DNA from: Octopus vulgaris
Lineage: Eukaryota
DNA: 64,000 bases
Direction: 5' to 3'
Assembly: GCA_951406725.2 (NCBI GenBank)
Contig: OX597837.1
Coordinates: 25,420,001 to 25,484,000, forward strand
The notes under the pieces were generated by a model. The model was not told where the DNA came from. It saw nothing but the letters and a program-made list of their open reading frames with translations, and did no database searches. This document shows, piece after piece, positions 63,578 to 64,000 of the stretch. Positions within the stretch are counted from its first letter, which is position 1. Each line of letters opens with the position of its first letter. The position numbers were made by a program, and so were the translations under genes.

Positions 63578-64000
63578 AAGTTGATAATCAATTTTGATAT
63601 ATAATTTCGTTTTTGTATTTGGTTTGCAAGATTCTTTATGTGAATTCTTGTGTTGAAGCATATTTTATTGTGCCAGGGGAGAGTCCTTCACTTTTAGTGC
63701 TTTATTACTTAACCTACTCACTGGTTCACTTTCCACATCAAAGTTGTCAATTTTGGTATATAACAACGAAAGAGACATGGAAAACAAGACAAGTAACATA
63801 AAGAATGACCCTTCATCAGTTGTCGGCTGTTTTATCTACTCCATGTTTTGAACATTTATGACAAGATGTGCCTTCGTCAAAACATTTGCTTCCACAAAGC
63901 TAATCAAATAAAATTTAGGATTTGTGGAGGGGTCAAAGTTGATAACAAAAACAGGACAGTGAAAACTGTAAGGGCTGTTAAGTCATGATGAGGTGAGGTG

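Overview
AT-rich, microsatellite-rich animal genomic DNA. The SINE, RTE and MITE repertoire suggests an octopus or other coleoid cephalopod (inferred, not proven). Two protein-coding genes are recognisable. One is an intronless-CDS RBM15/spenito gene (+, 1695-4139: 3 RRMs + SPOC), with a YY1 motif, two back-to-back uORFs, several candidate 3' splice donors and a long, probably TE-free 3'UTR. The other is the first coding exon of a MAPKAPK2/3 (MK2) kinase (+, 61340-61483). Between them lie ~45 kb of repeats: tRNA-derived SINEs (one family with >15 copies, one as a 4-unit concatemer), 3' fragments of RTE and CR1 LINEs, piggyBac-, mariner- and hAT-like MITEs, a GG...CC MITE family with 8-bp TSDs carrying telomere-like repeats, a Helitron with a paralogous empty site, many asymmetric fold-back inserts resembling Penelope-like retroelement ends (one with a hammerhead-ribozyme core), and many short local duplications. 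No rRNA, true tRNA or CRISPR array was seen. Coordinates were read by eye; repeat ends may be off by a few bases.
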